DNA of 64,000 nt, taken from contig CAWHKQ010000015.1 in assembly GCA_963829925.1 (NCBI GenBank), forward strand, positions 182,073 to 246,072, written 5' to 3'. Made by a program: the position numbers and the translations under genes. Below, piece after piece: positions 52,008-64,000 of the stretch. The notes beneath the pieces are model-generated. The model had not been told where the DNA came from. It saw only the letters and a program-made list of their open reading frames with translations, and made no database searches. Positions within the stretch are counted from its first letter, which is position 1, and every line of letters starts with the position of its first letter. The stretch is from an uncultured Acidobacteriota bacterium (GTDB taxonomy: Bacteria > Acidobacteriota > Thermoanaerobaculia > UBA5066 > Gp7-AA6).

Positions 52008-53040
52008 GTGCGGATCGCAGTCGATGCGATGGGCGGCGACAACGCGCCGCTCGTGAACGTGGACGGCGCCATCGCCGCCGCCCGGGAGTTCGGGATCCGG
52101 CTCGCTCCTCGTCGGCAAGACCGGCCGAGCTCGAGGCTCTGCTCCGAGGACTCCGGTTATCACGGGCTCCGACATCGAGATCGTCGACGCGCCGGAGGTC
52201 GTGACCATGGACGACCCGGCGACGGCGGCGATCCGCAAGAAGCGCAACTCCTCGATCCGGATCGCGGCCAACTGCGTCCGCGACGGGCGGGCCGCCGGGC
52301 CTCGTCTCCGCCGGCCACACGGGCGCCGCCATGGTCTGCGGCCAAGATGGTCATCGGGACGATCGAAGGCGTCGACCGCCCGGCCCTCGCGACCGTCCTG
52401 CCCAACCTGACCGGCCACTGCCTGCTCCTGGACGTCGGGGCGAACCCGGACACGAAGACGCCCGCATTTCAAGGAGTTCGCGATCATGGGCTCGATCTAC
52501 GCCGAGCTCGCCTTCGGCAAGAAGAACCCCTCGATCGGCCTGATGTCGATCGGCGAGGAGGACTCGAAGGGGACCGAGCAGACGAAGGAAGTCTTCAAGA
52601 CGCTCAAAGACGACCGGCCTGAACTTCATCGGCAACGTCGAAGGGCCGCGACGTTTTCAACGGCACCGTCGACGTGATCGTCACGGACGGGTTCACCGGC
52701 AACGTGATCCTGAAGGTCTCGGAGTCGCTCTCCGAGATGGTCGAGAAGCTCCTCCGCGAGGAGATCAAGCGGACCCTCCAGGCGTCCGTCGGCTTCCTGC
52801 TCTCGCGCTAGGCGTTCCGGAGCTTCAAGCAGCGGCTCGACTATTCCGAGTACGGCGGCGCGCCGCTGCTCGGCGTCAAGGGGTGCGTGATCATCTGCCA
52901 CGGCCGCTCCTCGCGCGAAGGCGATCAAGAACGCCATCCGCTTCGCCGCCGAGTTCTCGCGTCAGAAGCTCGCCGAGAAGATCCAGGCCCAGATCGCCGA
53001 GCTCCACGCCCGCGAAGAGCGCGCGTCGGCGAAGGCGTGA
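52008..53040 (+). CDS. plsX: Phosphate acyltransferase PlsX; multiple frameshifts plus one in-frame TAG (near 52809)
   Basis: [30 protein letters not shown]..., ...[28 protein letters not shown]..., ...[17 protein letters not shown]..., ...[18 protein letters not shown]. Confidence 0.75.
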
Positions 53041-54029
53041 ACCGGGCGCAGAGTCGTCGGGACGGGCGCGGCCGTCCCGAAGAAGCTCCTGACCAACGCG
53101 GACCTGGAGAAGCTCGTCGAGACCTCGGACGAGTGGATCATGTCGCGCACCGGGATCAAGGAGCGCCACATCGTCTCGGAGGGCGAGCACTTCTCCGACC
53201 TCTGCACGCGGGCGGCGGAGCAGGCGCTCAAGACGCGCGCGCTTGCAGGCCGAAGACCTCGACATGATCCTCGTCGGGACGATCTCGGGCGACATGCCTT
53301 TCCCGGCGACCTCCTGCCTCGTCCAGCGCAACCTCGGCGCGACGCGGGCGGCGGCGTCGGACGTGGGCGCGGCCTGCGTCGGGTTTCTCTATGCCCTCCA
53401 CCTCGCCGACGGTCTGATCCAGTCGGGCAAGGCCGAGAACGTCCTCGTGATCGGCGGGGAGATCCTCTCGCGCATCGTCGACTGGACCGACCGCAACACC
53501 TGCGTGCTCTTCGGCGACGGCGCCGGGCGCCGTCGTCCTGCAGGGCGACCAAGGGGGATCACGGCATCCTCGGCAGCCTGATGAAGTCCAACGGCAACCT
53601 CCACGACTTCATCTGCATGCCCGGCGGCGGCTCGGACCGGCCCGGCCAACGACCCGAAGTCCATCGAGGAGCGGCTGCCGTTCATCAAGATGAAGGGCAA
53701 CGAGACGTTCAAGGTCGCGGTCAAGGCGATGGCCGACGTCAGCGAGCGAGCTGCTTGACCGAGCAGGGCTTCACGCACGAGCAGATCGACCTCTTCATCC
53801 CGCACCAGGCGAATCTCCGGATCATCGACGCCGTCGGCGAGCGGCTGAAGATCGATCCCAAAAAGGTCTACAAGAACGTGGAACGCTACGGGAACACGTC
53901 GGCCGCGTCGATCCCGATCGCGCTCGACGAGTGCGTCCGCGAAGGGCCGCGTGGAATCGGGCGACATCGTCCTGCTGACGGCGTTCGGGGCGGGGCTCGT
54001 CTGGGGCATCCGTGCTCCTGCGCTGGTGA
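53037..54029 (+). CDS. fabH: 3-oxoacyl-ACP synthase III; frameshifted
   Basis: ...[40 protein letters not shown]...[10 protein letters not shown]...[12 protein letters not shown]...[17 protein letters not shown]...[17 protein letters not shown]. Confidence 0.8.
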
Positions 54030-54042
54030 GACGACCCCTTCC

Positions 54043-54955
54043 GTGACGCTCGTCCTCCTGTTCCCCGGCCAGGGCTCGCAGTTCGTCGGCATGGGCAAGG
54101 CGCTCTATGAAGGCTCTCCCCGCGGCGCGGACCGTCTTCGAGGAGGCGGACGCGGCGCTCGGGTTTTTCGCTCTCCCGGCTCTGCTTCGAGGGGCCGGAG
54201 GAGGAGCTGCGAGCTCACGGCGAACACCCAGCCCGCGATCCTGACGCACTCGATCGCGGCCTCGGGCGGACCTGCGCCAGCGATTTCCCGAGCGGCTCGA
54301 GGGGGCCGGCGTTCGCCGCCGGCCACTCGCTCGGCGAGTACTCGGCCAGCGTCGCCGCCGGGTCGCTGTCGTTCGCGGACGCGGTTGCGCTGGTGCGCGA
54401 GCGCGGACGCTTCATGCAGGACGCCGTGCCGCCCGGCGTCGGGGCGATGGCCGCGATCGTGGGGCTTGCCGCCGAGGAGGTCGAAGCGGCCTGCCGGGAG
54501 GCCGCGCAGGACGAGTCTGTTTCGCCCGGCCAACTACAACTCGCCGGAGCAGACGGTGATCGCGGGTCACGCGGCCGCGGTGGCGCGGGCGTCCGCGGGG
54601 TGCCTCGCGCGCGGCGCGAAACGGGCGATTCCGCTCCCGGTGTCCGCTCCGTTCCACTGCGCGCTCATGTCCCCGGCGCGGGAGCAGATGCGGCCCCTTC
54701 TCGAGAGCCTCCGCTTCGCCGACGCGGCCCTCCCCGTGGTGACCAACGTGGATGCCGAGCCGGAGACCAGGGTGAACGGAGACTCCGCGACGCGCTGATC
54801 CGCCAGATCGACTCTCCCGTGCGCTGGGTCGCGCTCGGTCCAGCGACTCGCCCGCGAAGGCGTGACTCGCGGCGATCGAGATCGGGCCGGGCAACGTCCT
54901 GGCGGGGCTCGTCCGCCGGATCGACCGGTCGATCAAGGTCGAGGGCCATGCGTAG
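54043..54955 (+). CDS. fabD: Malonyl-CoA:ACP transacylase; frameshifted
   Basis: VTLVLLFPGQGSQFVGMGKALYE..., active site ...AAGHSLGEYSASVAAGS..., ...NYNSPEQTVIAGH..., ...IEIGPGNVLAGLVRRI. Confidence 0.8.
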
Positions 54956-54997
54956 AGCCGTCGCCCCTTCGTCGTCTCCTCGCGGCTCGCCGCACGG

Positions 54998-55875
54998 ATG
55001 TGCGACCTGCCGCGGCCCGGGACCCTCCGAGCTGTCGACGCGGCGGTCGCCACGGCCGAGCGCCGTTGCCAGTGCCGCGTCGGCGTCGCCGCGCGGCACC
55101 TCGAGAGCGGCCGGGCGTACGAGCACAACGCGCGAGGTCGAGTTCGAATCGGCTTCGGTGATCAAGATCGCGGTGCTGACCGAGGCGATGGCCGCCGTGC
55201 GCGAGGGCCGGGTCGACCTGTCCGAGCGCTGGGATCTGACCCTCGAGAACAAGGCCGACGGTTCGGGGACTGCTTCTCCTGCTCGATCCGGGCCTCAAGC
55301 CGACGTGGAACGACCTGGCGACCCTCATGATCGGCCCCTCCGACAACACCGCCACGAACGCGTGGATCGAACGACTGTCCGTCGATTCCATCAACGCGCG
55401 GATGCGGTCGCTGGGCTTCGCGCACATCCGGCTGCTTCGGCACGATCCCGATAGCTCTCGACGCGCGACGACAGCCCCTCGCCCTGGAAGGGCTTGCGGC
55501 TCGGCGCGATCACGCCGCACGACGTCGCCGAATGGATGACGCGGGTCGCGAGGGGGGAGCTGCTTCGACGGCGAGTCGTCGAAGAGGATCTTCGACTACC
55601 TCGACAAGGACCCGAGCCGCCTGCGCATCGCGCGCCGCTTCCCGTCGGACGTCCTCTGGGCGGGCAAGACCGGCACCATGTCGGGCGTGCGCAACGACTC
55701 CGGAATCCTGCGGAACCGCGAAGGGCCGCTTCGTGCTCGTCATCTTCACCGCCGACAGCCAGGCCGAAGGCTGGGGGGCGGATCATCCGGCGGTCCTGGC
55801 GATCTCGAACCTCGCCCGGGCGATCGTCGACGGGTGGAGCCGGGACCTGCCGGACATCGTCGAGAAACCCGAATG
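54998..55875 (+). CDS. Class-A beta-lactamase-family serine hydrolase (SxxK ... KTG); frameshifted
   Basis: ...FESASVIKIAVLTEAMAAV (S-V-I-K), ...MIGPSDNTATNAWIER... (SDN loop), ...VLWAGKTGTMSGVRNDSGIL... (KTG). It is embedded between fabD and fabG. Confidence 0.6.
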
Positions 55876-55948
55876 ACCGGTCGCGCGACCGGTCATCCCG
55901 AGCGTAGCGAGGTCGCCCGAACTCTCGCAATGATAGACTCCCCGCCTG

Positions 55949-56693
55949 ATGACCCGCTTCACCGGCAAGACCGCCCTCGTCACCGGAGCATCCCGGGGAA
56001 TCGGCGAGGCGATCGCGAAGCGTCTGGCCGCGGAGGGGGCGACCGTGATCGCCGCGGCGCGCTCGACGGAGGCGCTCGAGAGGGTCGTCGCGGAGATCGC
56101 GGCCGCGGGCGGGAAGGCGGCGCCCCTCGTCCTGGATCTGGCCGACGGCACGGCAATCGACGGCGCTGTCAAAGGCGCGCTCGCCTCCCACGGGGAGATC
56201 CACGTTCTCGTCAACAACGCCGGCGTCACGGAGGACAACCTCATCCTGCGGATGAACCGGAAGGCCTGGGACACGGTCCTGGCCACGAACCTCACCGGGG
56301 TGTTCCTCCTGACCCAGGCCGTGATCAAGGGGATGGTGCGCCAGCGCTACGGCCGGATCGTCAACGTGACCTCGGTCGTCGGCCTGATGGGGAACGCCGG
56401 CCAGGCGAACTACGCGGCCTCGAAGGCCGGCCTCATCGGTCTGACCAAGTCCGTCGCGCGCGAGCTGGCCTCGCGCAACATCACGTGCAACGCCGTGGCG
56501 CCCGGCTTCATCGCGACGGCGATGTCCGACAAGATGACGGACGTGGCGCGTGAGCGTCTGCTCGGCGCAGATTCCGCTCGAGCGCCTCGGCACGCCCGAC
56601 GACGTCGCCGCGGCCGTGGCGTTTCTCGCTTCCGAGGAGGCGCGCTACATCACGGGAACCGTTCTCAACGTCTCCGGGGGCCTCTATATGTAG
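55949..56693 (+). CDS. fabG: 3-oxoacyl-ACP reductase; frameshift near 56560
   Basis: [31 protein letters not shown]...NAGVTEDNL...[34 protein letters not shown]. Confidence 0.85.
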
Positions 56694-56771
56694 TTTTTCC
56701 TACCCTTGCCCCCGGGGGGCATCTAGGGAACAATACGGCGTCTTTTCGCAATCCGAAGAAGGGGGAGAGGA

Positions 56772-57011
56772 ATGGCTGTCGAAGAAAAGGTGAAGAGCAT
56801 CATCGTCGAGCAACTCGGCGTGGACGCCAACGAAGTGACTCCCGAGGCGTCTTTCGTCGATGACCTCGGCGCGGACTCGCTCGACACCGTGGAGCTCGTC
56901 ATGGCCTTCGAGGAAGCGTTCAACATCGAGATCCCGGACGAGGCCGCCGAGAAGATCCAGAAGGTCAAGGACGCCATCGAGTACATCGAGAAGAACTCCT
57001 CGAAAAACTAA
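56772..57011 (+). CDS. acpP: Acyl carrier protein
   Basis: Intact 79 aa. ...[19 protein letters not shown]... with the phosphopantetheine Ser (DSLD). Confidence 0.95.
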   Translation: MAVEEKVKSIIVEQLGVDANEVTPEASFVDDLGADSLDTVELVMAFEEAFNIEIPDEAAEKIQKVKDAIEYIEKNSSKN

Positions 57012-57016
57012 ACCCC

Positions 57017-58281
<1,265 letters not shown>

Positions 58282-58289
58282 ACCGCCGC

Positions 58290-59073
58290 ATGAACTCGCT
58301 CGTCTGCATCGCCTACGTCCCCGACACCGAGACCAAGATCAAGATCGCGGCCGACGGAAAGTCGATCGACGAGTCGGACGTGAAGTGGATCGTCTCGCCC
58401 TACGACGAGTTCGCCCTGGAGGAGGCGCTCCGGACAAGGAGGCGAAGGGCGCGGGCGTCGTGACCGTGATGACGGTCGGGCCCGAAAGGGCCAAGACGGG
58501 GCTGCGCGAGTGCCTCGCGCGAGGCGCGGACGAGGCGATCTGGGTGGATTCGACCGGAACCCCGTTTCTCGATGCGCTCGGGACGGCCAGGGCGCTGGCC
58601 GCCGCCGCAAAAGGCGGGGCGTACGACTTCCTGTGGTTCGGCCAGAAGGGCGTCGGATTCGACGAGTCGCTCGTCGGGCCGATGTTCGCCGAGCTGATGG
58701 ACCTGCCCCATGTGGCCAACGTCATCAAGCTCGAGATCCAGCGAGGGCAAGATCACCGCGCACCGGGAGATCGAGGGGGCCCACGAGGTCGTGGAGTGCG
58801 CGCTGCCCGCGGTGCTGACCGCGCAGAAAGGGCTCAACGAGCCGCGGTACGCGTCGTTGAAGGGGATCATGGCGGCCAAGAAGAAGCCGATCGTCGAGAA
58901 GAAGCTGGCGGAGCTGGGCGTGCCGGAGGCCGACCCCGCCAACGCGAAGACGCGCTGGCGCAAGCTCGAGCTCCCGCCGGCGAGCGTGGCGTGCAAGATG
59001 GTGCCCGGCGACGACCCGGTGGCGGCGGGCAAGGAGCTGGCGCGCTTGCTCCGTGAGGAAGCAAAAGTCATCT
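58290..59073 (+). CDS. etfB: Electron transfer flavoprotein, beta subunit; frameshifted
   Basis: [47 protein letters not shown]...VTVMTVGPE.... C-terminal ...[22 protein letters not shown].... Confidence 0.8.
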
Positions 59074-59145
59074 GACGGCCGCCACCACGCCGTCATCCCG
59101 AGCAGTAGCGAGGGATCGCCGAACTCGAATAGGACAACGATCATC

Positions 59146-60113
59146 ATGAAATTCCTCGTCTTCATCGAACAGCGGGACGGCAAGATCCGAAAGGCCTCGC
59201 TCGAGGCGCTCTCGCTGGCGCGCAAGCTCGCCGGCGGCCCGGTCGCGGCGGTGATTCCCGGAAAGGGAGTCACGGCCCTGGCCAAAGACCTCGGAGATAT
59301 GGCGCGGGGACCGTGTACGTCGCCGACCGCGAGGACCTTGCCCTCTACGGCAACAAGGGCTACGTCGGGGCTCTCGACGCGGCGACGAAGAAGGAGAGCC
59401 CCGACGCCGTTCTGATCGCCGCGACCGCGATGGGCAAGGACGTGGCGCCCCGCTATGCCGCGCGCCACGAGGTCTCGGTCCTGGCCGACGTGATGGAGCT
59501 GCGGGTCGAAGGGGATCGCCTCGTGGCGTGGCGTCCCGTCTATTCGGGCAAGGCGCGGGCCGAGGTCGACTGCGGGGCCGCGAAGCTGCAGATCGCGACG
59601 ACGCGGCCGAACGTTTTCCCGGCCGAAGCCCAGGACGGAGCGGCGGAGCCGAAAATCGAGACGCTCGAGCTCGGCGACATCGCGCCCCGCGCGAAGGTCG
59701 TGCGCGTCGAAGTCTCCGAGACCAAGGAGATCGACGTTTCGGAAGCCGACATCATCGTGTCCGGAGGCCGGGGCATCAAGGGCCCCGAGAACTGGCCCCT
59801 CATCCGCGACCTGCAGCAGGCCCTTCACGCGGCCCTCGGCGCTTCGCGCGCCGTGGTCGACGCCGGCTGGATCGACCACCAGCATCAGGTCGGCCAGACG
59901 GGCAAGGTCGTGTCGCCGACTCTCTACGTCGCCTGCGGCATCTCCGGGAGCGATCCAGCACCTCGCCGGGATGGGCACGTCGAAGGTCATCGTCGCGATC
60001 AACAAGGACGCCGAGGCGCCGATCTTCAAGGTCGCCAACTACGGCGTCGTCGGCGACATCTTCAAGATCGTTCCCGAGTTCGCCAAGGCTGTGAGGGCCG
60101 CGCAAGCACGGAG
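59146..60113 (+). CDS. etfA: Electron transfer flavoprotein, alpha subunit; the 3' end is probably frameshifted
   Basis: [31 protein letters not shown]..., FAD-binding ...[74 protein letters not shown].... Confidence 0.8.
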
Positions 60114-60233
60114 TGACGTCGGCATTTCACCGGTCGGCTCAGAACGTCTCTGCGGCGTATCTGCGACCGCGGCCTCAGCTGTCAGCGCTGAGCGCGGCAG
60201 AGCCATCCTCGAGAATCGAAGCGACCCGCATCC

Positions 60234-61231
60234 TCAGGACGGCGGCAGCTCCTTCTCGACAACTTTCACCCGCCGGGCGCCGGCGGTCGCACGCCGCCGG
60301 TGCTCGTGGAAGTGCTTGGACTGAACGCGAGTGAACACCGCGCCCAGCAGCACCAGAAGAGAGCGTAGTAGACCCAAAAGAGGATGACGATAACCGAGGC
60401 GGCGGTTCCGTATGCCGAGGCCAGGGCAGTCCGGCCCAGATAGAATCCGATCGCCCACTTTCCCAGCGAGATCAGCAGCGCCGTCACGAGCGCGCCGAAC
60501 CAGACGTCGCGCCACGGGATCTCGACGTCGGGCAGGATGCGGTAGATCATCGCGAAGAGGAGGGAGATCAGCAGATAGGTCACGACCGCGTTCGCCGCCC
60601 TCGAAGAGGGCGGCGGGAAGCTCCAGGAAGCCCTGGACCAGGACCTGGAGCGCGTGCATCGTCGCCGAGAAGACGAGCGAGACGAGCAGGACGAACCCGA
60701 CGGCCAGGACCAGCGCGAATGAGATCAGCCTCTTCAGCAGCAGGGTCTTGATCAGCGGTCCCGGCTTGGGTGCCACATCCCACATGTGGTTGAGCGAGTC
60801 CTGGAGCTGGACGAAGACCGCGGTGGTCCCGACGCAGAAACGTGATGAGCCCGACGATCCGGGCAAGGGCGCCTGTGCTCTGGAAAGCGGCGTATCCGAG
60901 CATCTGCGTCGACGGCCAGAGCCTGGTCATGGCCCATGAGCAGCTCGAACTCGCCGACGATGTGCTGGCGAACCGCCGAGGGTTCGAAGAGCCGGCCGGC
61001 CACCGCGACGAACAGGATCAATACCGGAGCGAACGAGAACAGCGCGAAGAAGGCGAGGGCCGCGCTCTGCGCGAATGCGTCGCGTTCGAACCAACTCGCG
61101 AAGGTCTCCCGCAGGATCGGGTCCCCAGAGGCGGGGGCGCGGGTGAGCGGGAGCGTCGGACCATCGCGCCGAGATCGTAAGTCAATCGGGGCGAGTCTCT
61201 CGGCCGAAAAACAGCCTGCTAGACTTGGCAT
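60234..61231 (-). CDS. YihY/BrkB-family membrane protein; frameshifted
   Basis: ...[29 protein letters not shown]..., ...[49 protein letters not shown]..., ...[14 protein letters not shown]..., YihY-family hallmarks. Confidence 0.65.
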
Positions 61232-61441
61232 CGTGCCGCCGCTGCCGACCGACAGGGTGATCCTCGGCCTGCCCGGCCGGGTGGTCTTCGCGCTCCTGGT
61301 CCTCGCGGCGACCGTCGCCTTCGTCTACTCCGATCTCGCGGCGGATCCGGGTGCTCCTCGCCGGCCGGCCGGACAACCGCTTCACGCGGATCGGCGGAGC
61401 GCATCGTTCGCACGCTCGAGTACGCGTTCGCGCAGAAGCGC

Positions 61442-63260
61442 ATGTTCCGCGACTTCTACGCGGGCGTGTTCCACATCCTGATCTTCAGCGGCTTCGTCGT
61501 GCTGACGGTGCGCACGATCGCGCTCGTCGTCGAGGGGCTGATTCCGGGATTCGTGCTCCTGCCCGGGGCGCGCCGGCAACGCCTACACGCTGGTCAAGGA
61601 CGTCTTCGAGGTGCTGACCCTCCTCGGGGTCGGGATGGCGGTCTTCCGTCGCGCCTTCGCCCGCCCGAAGCGGCTCGATCTGACGACCGACGCCTGGATC
61701 ATCCTCTTTCTCATCGCGTTCCTCATGGTGACGGACCTCGTCGCGGAAGCCGCGCGCACCGCTCTCGACCCGTCCCCCGCACGGTCTGGGTGCCGGCCGT
61801 CGGCGTCGCTCGCGCGGCTGGCTGGCGGGAGTCGCCGCGGTCGAGCTTCAGGCCGATCTACGAGTGGTGCTGGTGGGGGCACCTCGCTCGACATCCTGAT
61901 CTTCGGCAACTACCTCCCGTACTCGAAGCACTTCCACATCATCACGTCGATCCCGAACATCTTCTTCATGAACCTCGAGCCGATGGGCCAGCTCCGCGAC
62001 GGTCGACCTCGAGAACTCCGAGCGCTTCGGCGCCTCGCAGGTCGAGGACCTGACCTGGAAGTCGATGCTCGACGGCTACACCTGCACCGAGTGCGGGCGC
62101 TGCCGCGTCGTGTGCCCGACCGCCCTGACGGGAAAGCCGCTCGACCCGAAGATCTTCATCGGCGACGTGCGCGACGCGGTGTACGAGGCCACGCCTTCGA
62201 TCCTCGCCGCGAGGCCGACGGGCGCGGAAACGGCGCGGCGCCGCCCGCCGCGCCGGGACCTCATCGGGGACTGGATCTCCGAGGACACGATCTGGGCCTG
62301 CACGATGTGCGGCGTCTGCACGACGGCGTGCCCGGTCTTCATCATCCCGGCCGTCGACAAGATCGCCGAGATGCGCCGCTATCTCGTGCTCGACAAGGCC
62401 GAGTTCCCGAAGGAGGTCCAGAACGCCTTCCGCGGCATGGAGACCAACGGCAACCCGTGGAACATGTCGGCCGCGACCGCGCCAACTGGGCCAAGGCCTG
62501 CCGGTCGCGACGATGAGCCAGGTAGCCGGCATCGAGGTCGAGGTGCTGTACTGGGTCGGCTGCGCCGGCAGCTACGACGACCGCGCCAAGCGGGTCTCGC
62601 GCGCCCTGGTCGAGATCCTGACCGCGGCCGGGGTCTCGTTCGCGATCCTCGGCACCGAGGAGACCTGCACCGGCGACTCCGCGCGCCGCGTGGGCAACGA
62701 GTACCTCTTCCAGATGCTGGCGCAGCAGAACGTCGAGACGCTCAACGGCTACAAGGTCCGGAAGATCGTCACGACCTGCCCGCACTGCTTCAACTCCCTC
62801 AAGAACGAGTACCCGGACTTCGGCGGCCACTACGAGGTCGTCCACGGCTCCCAGCTCGTCGCCGAGCTGATCGCGCGCCGGCCGGGTGAAGATGACGACG
62901 CCGCGATCCCGGAGACGGTCACGTTCCACGACACCTGCTACCTCGGCCGCTACAACGACGTGTACGACGCGCCGCGCGAGATGCTCGCGCGCGATCCCCG
63001 GCGTGCGAGCTGCCGCGAGCTCGCGCGCTCGCAAGAGAAGGGCCTGTGCTGCGGCGCCGGCGGCGGGCAGATGTGGATGGAGGAGAAGCTCGGCAGCGCG
63101 ATGAACCAGAAGCGCATGCGCGAGATCGCCGACACCGGCGCGGGCTCCGTCGGCGGTCTGCCCGTTCTGCATGGTCATGATCGGCAACGCGAAGGACGAG
63201 CTCGGCGTCGCGACGCAGCCCTTCGATGTCCTCGAGCTCGCGCGCCGCTCGATGGGGTGA
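61442..63260 (+). CDS. Membrane-anchored Fe-S oxidoreductase: N-terminal multi-TM domain, two [4Fe-4S] ferredoxin motifs and two cysteine-rich CCG domains (heterodisulfide-reductase-like / GlcF-like); frameshifted. An alternative GTG start lies at 61233
   Basis: MFRDFYAGVFHILIFSGFVVLTV... (TM). CTECGRCRVVCP and CTMCGVCTTACP (ferredoxin motifs). ...VTTCPHCFNSLKNEYP... and ...VTFHDTCYLGRYNDVYD...GLCCGAGGG...AVCPFCMVMIGNAKDE (CCG motifs). Confidence 0.65.
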
Positions 63261-63265
63261 CGGGC

Positions 63266-63726
63266 GCGTGACGCCGCGCGCGGTTCTGAACCGGGTCCTC
63301 GAGGCCCTTCGCCCCCTGCGGCCCGCGCGCTATCTCGGCTCCCGCGGCGTCGGCCAGAGCTGGGAGGACCTCGCGGCGAAGCGCCTGAAGGCCGCGGGTT
63401 ACAGGATCCGGGCGCGCAACTATCGCGGCCGCTCGGGCGAAATCGACTTCGTCGCCGAGGAAAACGGAGTGCTCTGCTTCATCGAGGTCAAGGGCCGAAG
63501 CGGCCTCGGCTTCGGGGCGCCCGCGGAGGCCGTCACGCTCGAGAAACAGCGCCGCATCGCGCGCGCCGCTCGGGAGTACGTCCGGCGGCGGCGCGTCGGA
63601 CCGGGGCGGTGCCGCTTCGACGTCGTCTCGATTCTCGAGTCGGACGGCCGCGCGGAGGTCGCGATTCTGCGCGGCGCCTTCGACGTGCCCGAGCCGCGAA
63701 CGCCTGACGTGAAGCCCGCATGCTAA
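63266..63726 (+). CDS. yraN: YraN-family (UPF0102) putative endonuclease
   Basis: GTG start. ...GEIDFVAEENGVLCFIEVKGRSGLGFGAPAEAVTLEKQRRIARAAREY..., typical UPF0102. Confidence 0.75.
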
Positions 63727-63750
63727 AATCGACCGTGATCCAGAGCGCAG

Positions 63751-64000
63751 GTGACAACGGACGAGGAGCTTCGCTACACCTTCGCCTGCCCGAGCTGCGG
63801 CGCGAGCTTTTCGATCGCGCTCGCGAAGATTCCCGCGGTCCAGGCCCGTTTCAGCTGCCCCCGGTGCGGCAAGGCGATGGACTTTCCGTCGCGCGACGAG
63901 GTGCGGGTCTACAATTTCCGGAGGCGGGGGAGAGCGCCCCGGAGCCCGCGCCGGCCCCCCGCCGCTCGAGCCCGAGCCCGAGCCGGCGCCGCCTCCCCCG
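63751..64000 (+). CDS. Zinc-ribbon (MJ0042-type) domain protein, N-terminal part; runs off the right edge
   Basis: VTTDEELRYTFACPSCGASFSIALAKIPAVQARFSCPRCGKAMDFPSRDEVRVY, two CxxC pairs. Confidence 0.4.
   Translation, partial: MTTDEELRYTFACPSCGASFSIALAKIPAVQARFSCPRCGKAMDFPSRDEVRVYNFRRRGRAPRSPRRPPAARARARAGAASP

Overview
This is a 64-kb, ~70% GC chromosomal segment from a diderm (Gram-negative-type) bacterium. No tRNA, rRNA, CRISPR array or transposase/integrase gene is visible. The content is mostly housekeeping and envelope biogenesis, in window order: a partial subtilase, an LpxH-like phosphoesterase, aroA, a sigma-54 activator, sdaAB/sdaAA, a TMTC-like TPR membrane protein, DUF2062-thiL-lon-hsp20-nrdR on the minus strand, a UPF0104 membrane protein, a secreted four-repeat protein, a Rieske oxygenase, ctpA, tatA/tatC, kdsC/kdsD, a GGDEF hybrid regulator plus a CheY-like regulator, kdsA-pyrG-kdsB, ispB, yajQ, lolA, purH, a beta-helix gene remnant, a large outer-membrane protein, recA, pgpA-murB, manC, a moxR-DUF58-transglutaminase module, a sugar-transferase plus three-GT4 glycosyltransferase cluster, the yceD-rpmF-plsX-fabH-fabD-[beta-lactamase-like]-fabG-acpP-fabF operon, etfB-etfA plus a membrane Fe-S oxidoreductase, yihY, and yraN. 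A striking technical feature is that roughly 30 of the ~60 real genes are broken by single-base frameshifts, more than 50 events in total. This includes essential genes (lon, purH, plsX, fabH/D/F/G, murB, rpmF), while some long genes (recA, aroA, ctpA, the GGDEF protein, the 562-aa repeat protein) are intact. I read this as assembly or sequencing indel error rather than pseudogenisation, so most CDS coordinates below are approximate and reconstructed across frames. The two most interesting biological observations are: (i) a ~110-130 bp GC-rich repeat family with four copies in this window, which forms a 309-bp palindromic unit at 2698-3006 and also brackets the Rieske oxygenase gene in inverted orientation (18678-20270), i.e. 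a MITE-like cassette; and (ii) an intact, lower-GC, strongly signalled gene for a secreted protein made of four tandem ~130-aa repeats of a domain I do not recognise (16889-18577). Other points: a class-A beta-lactamase-like gene sits inside the fab operon; a perfect 19-bp palindrome sits upstream of a textbook sigma-70 promoter for that operon; the sigma-54 activator has an unusually long N-terminal region; and an etfBA plus membrane Fe-S oxidoreductase module follows the fab operon.
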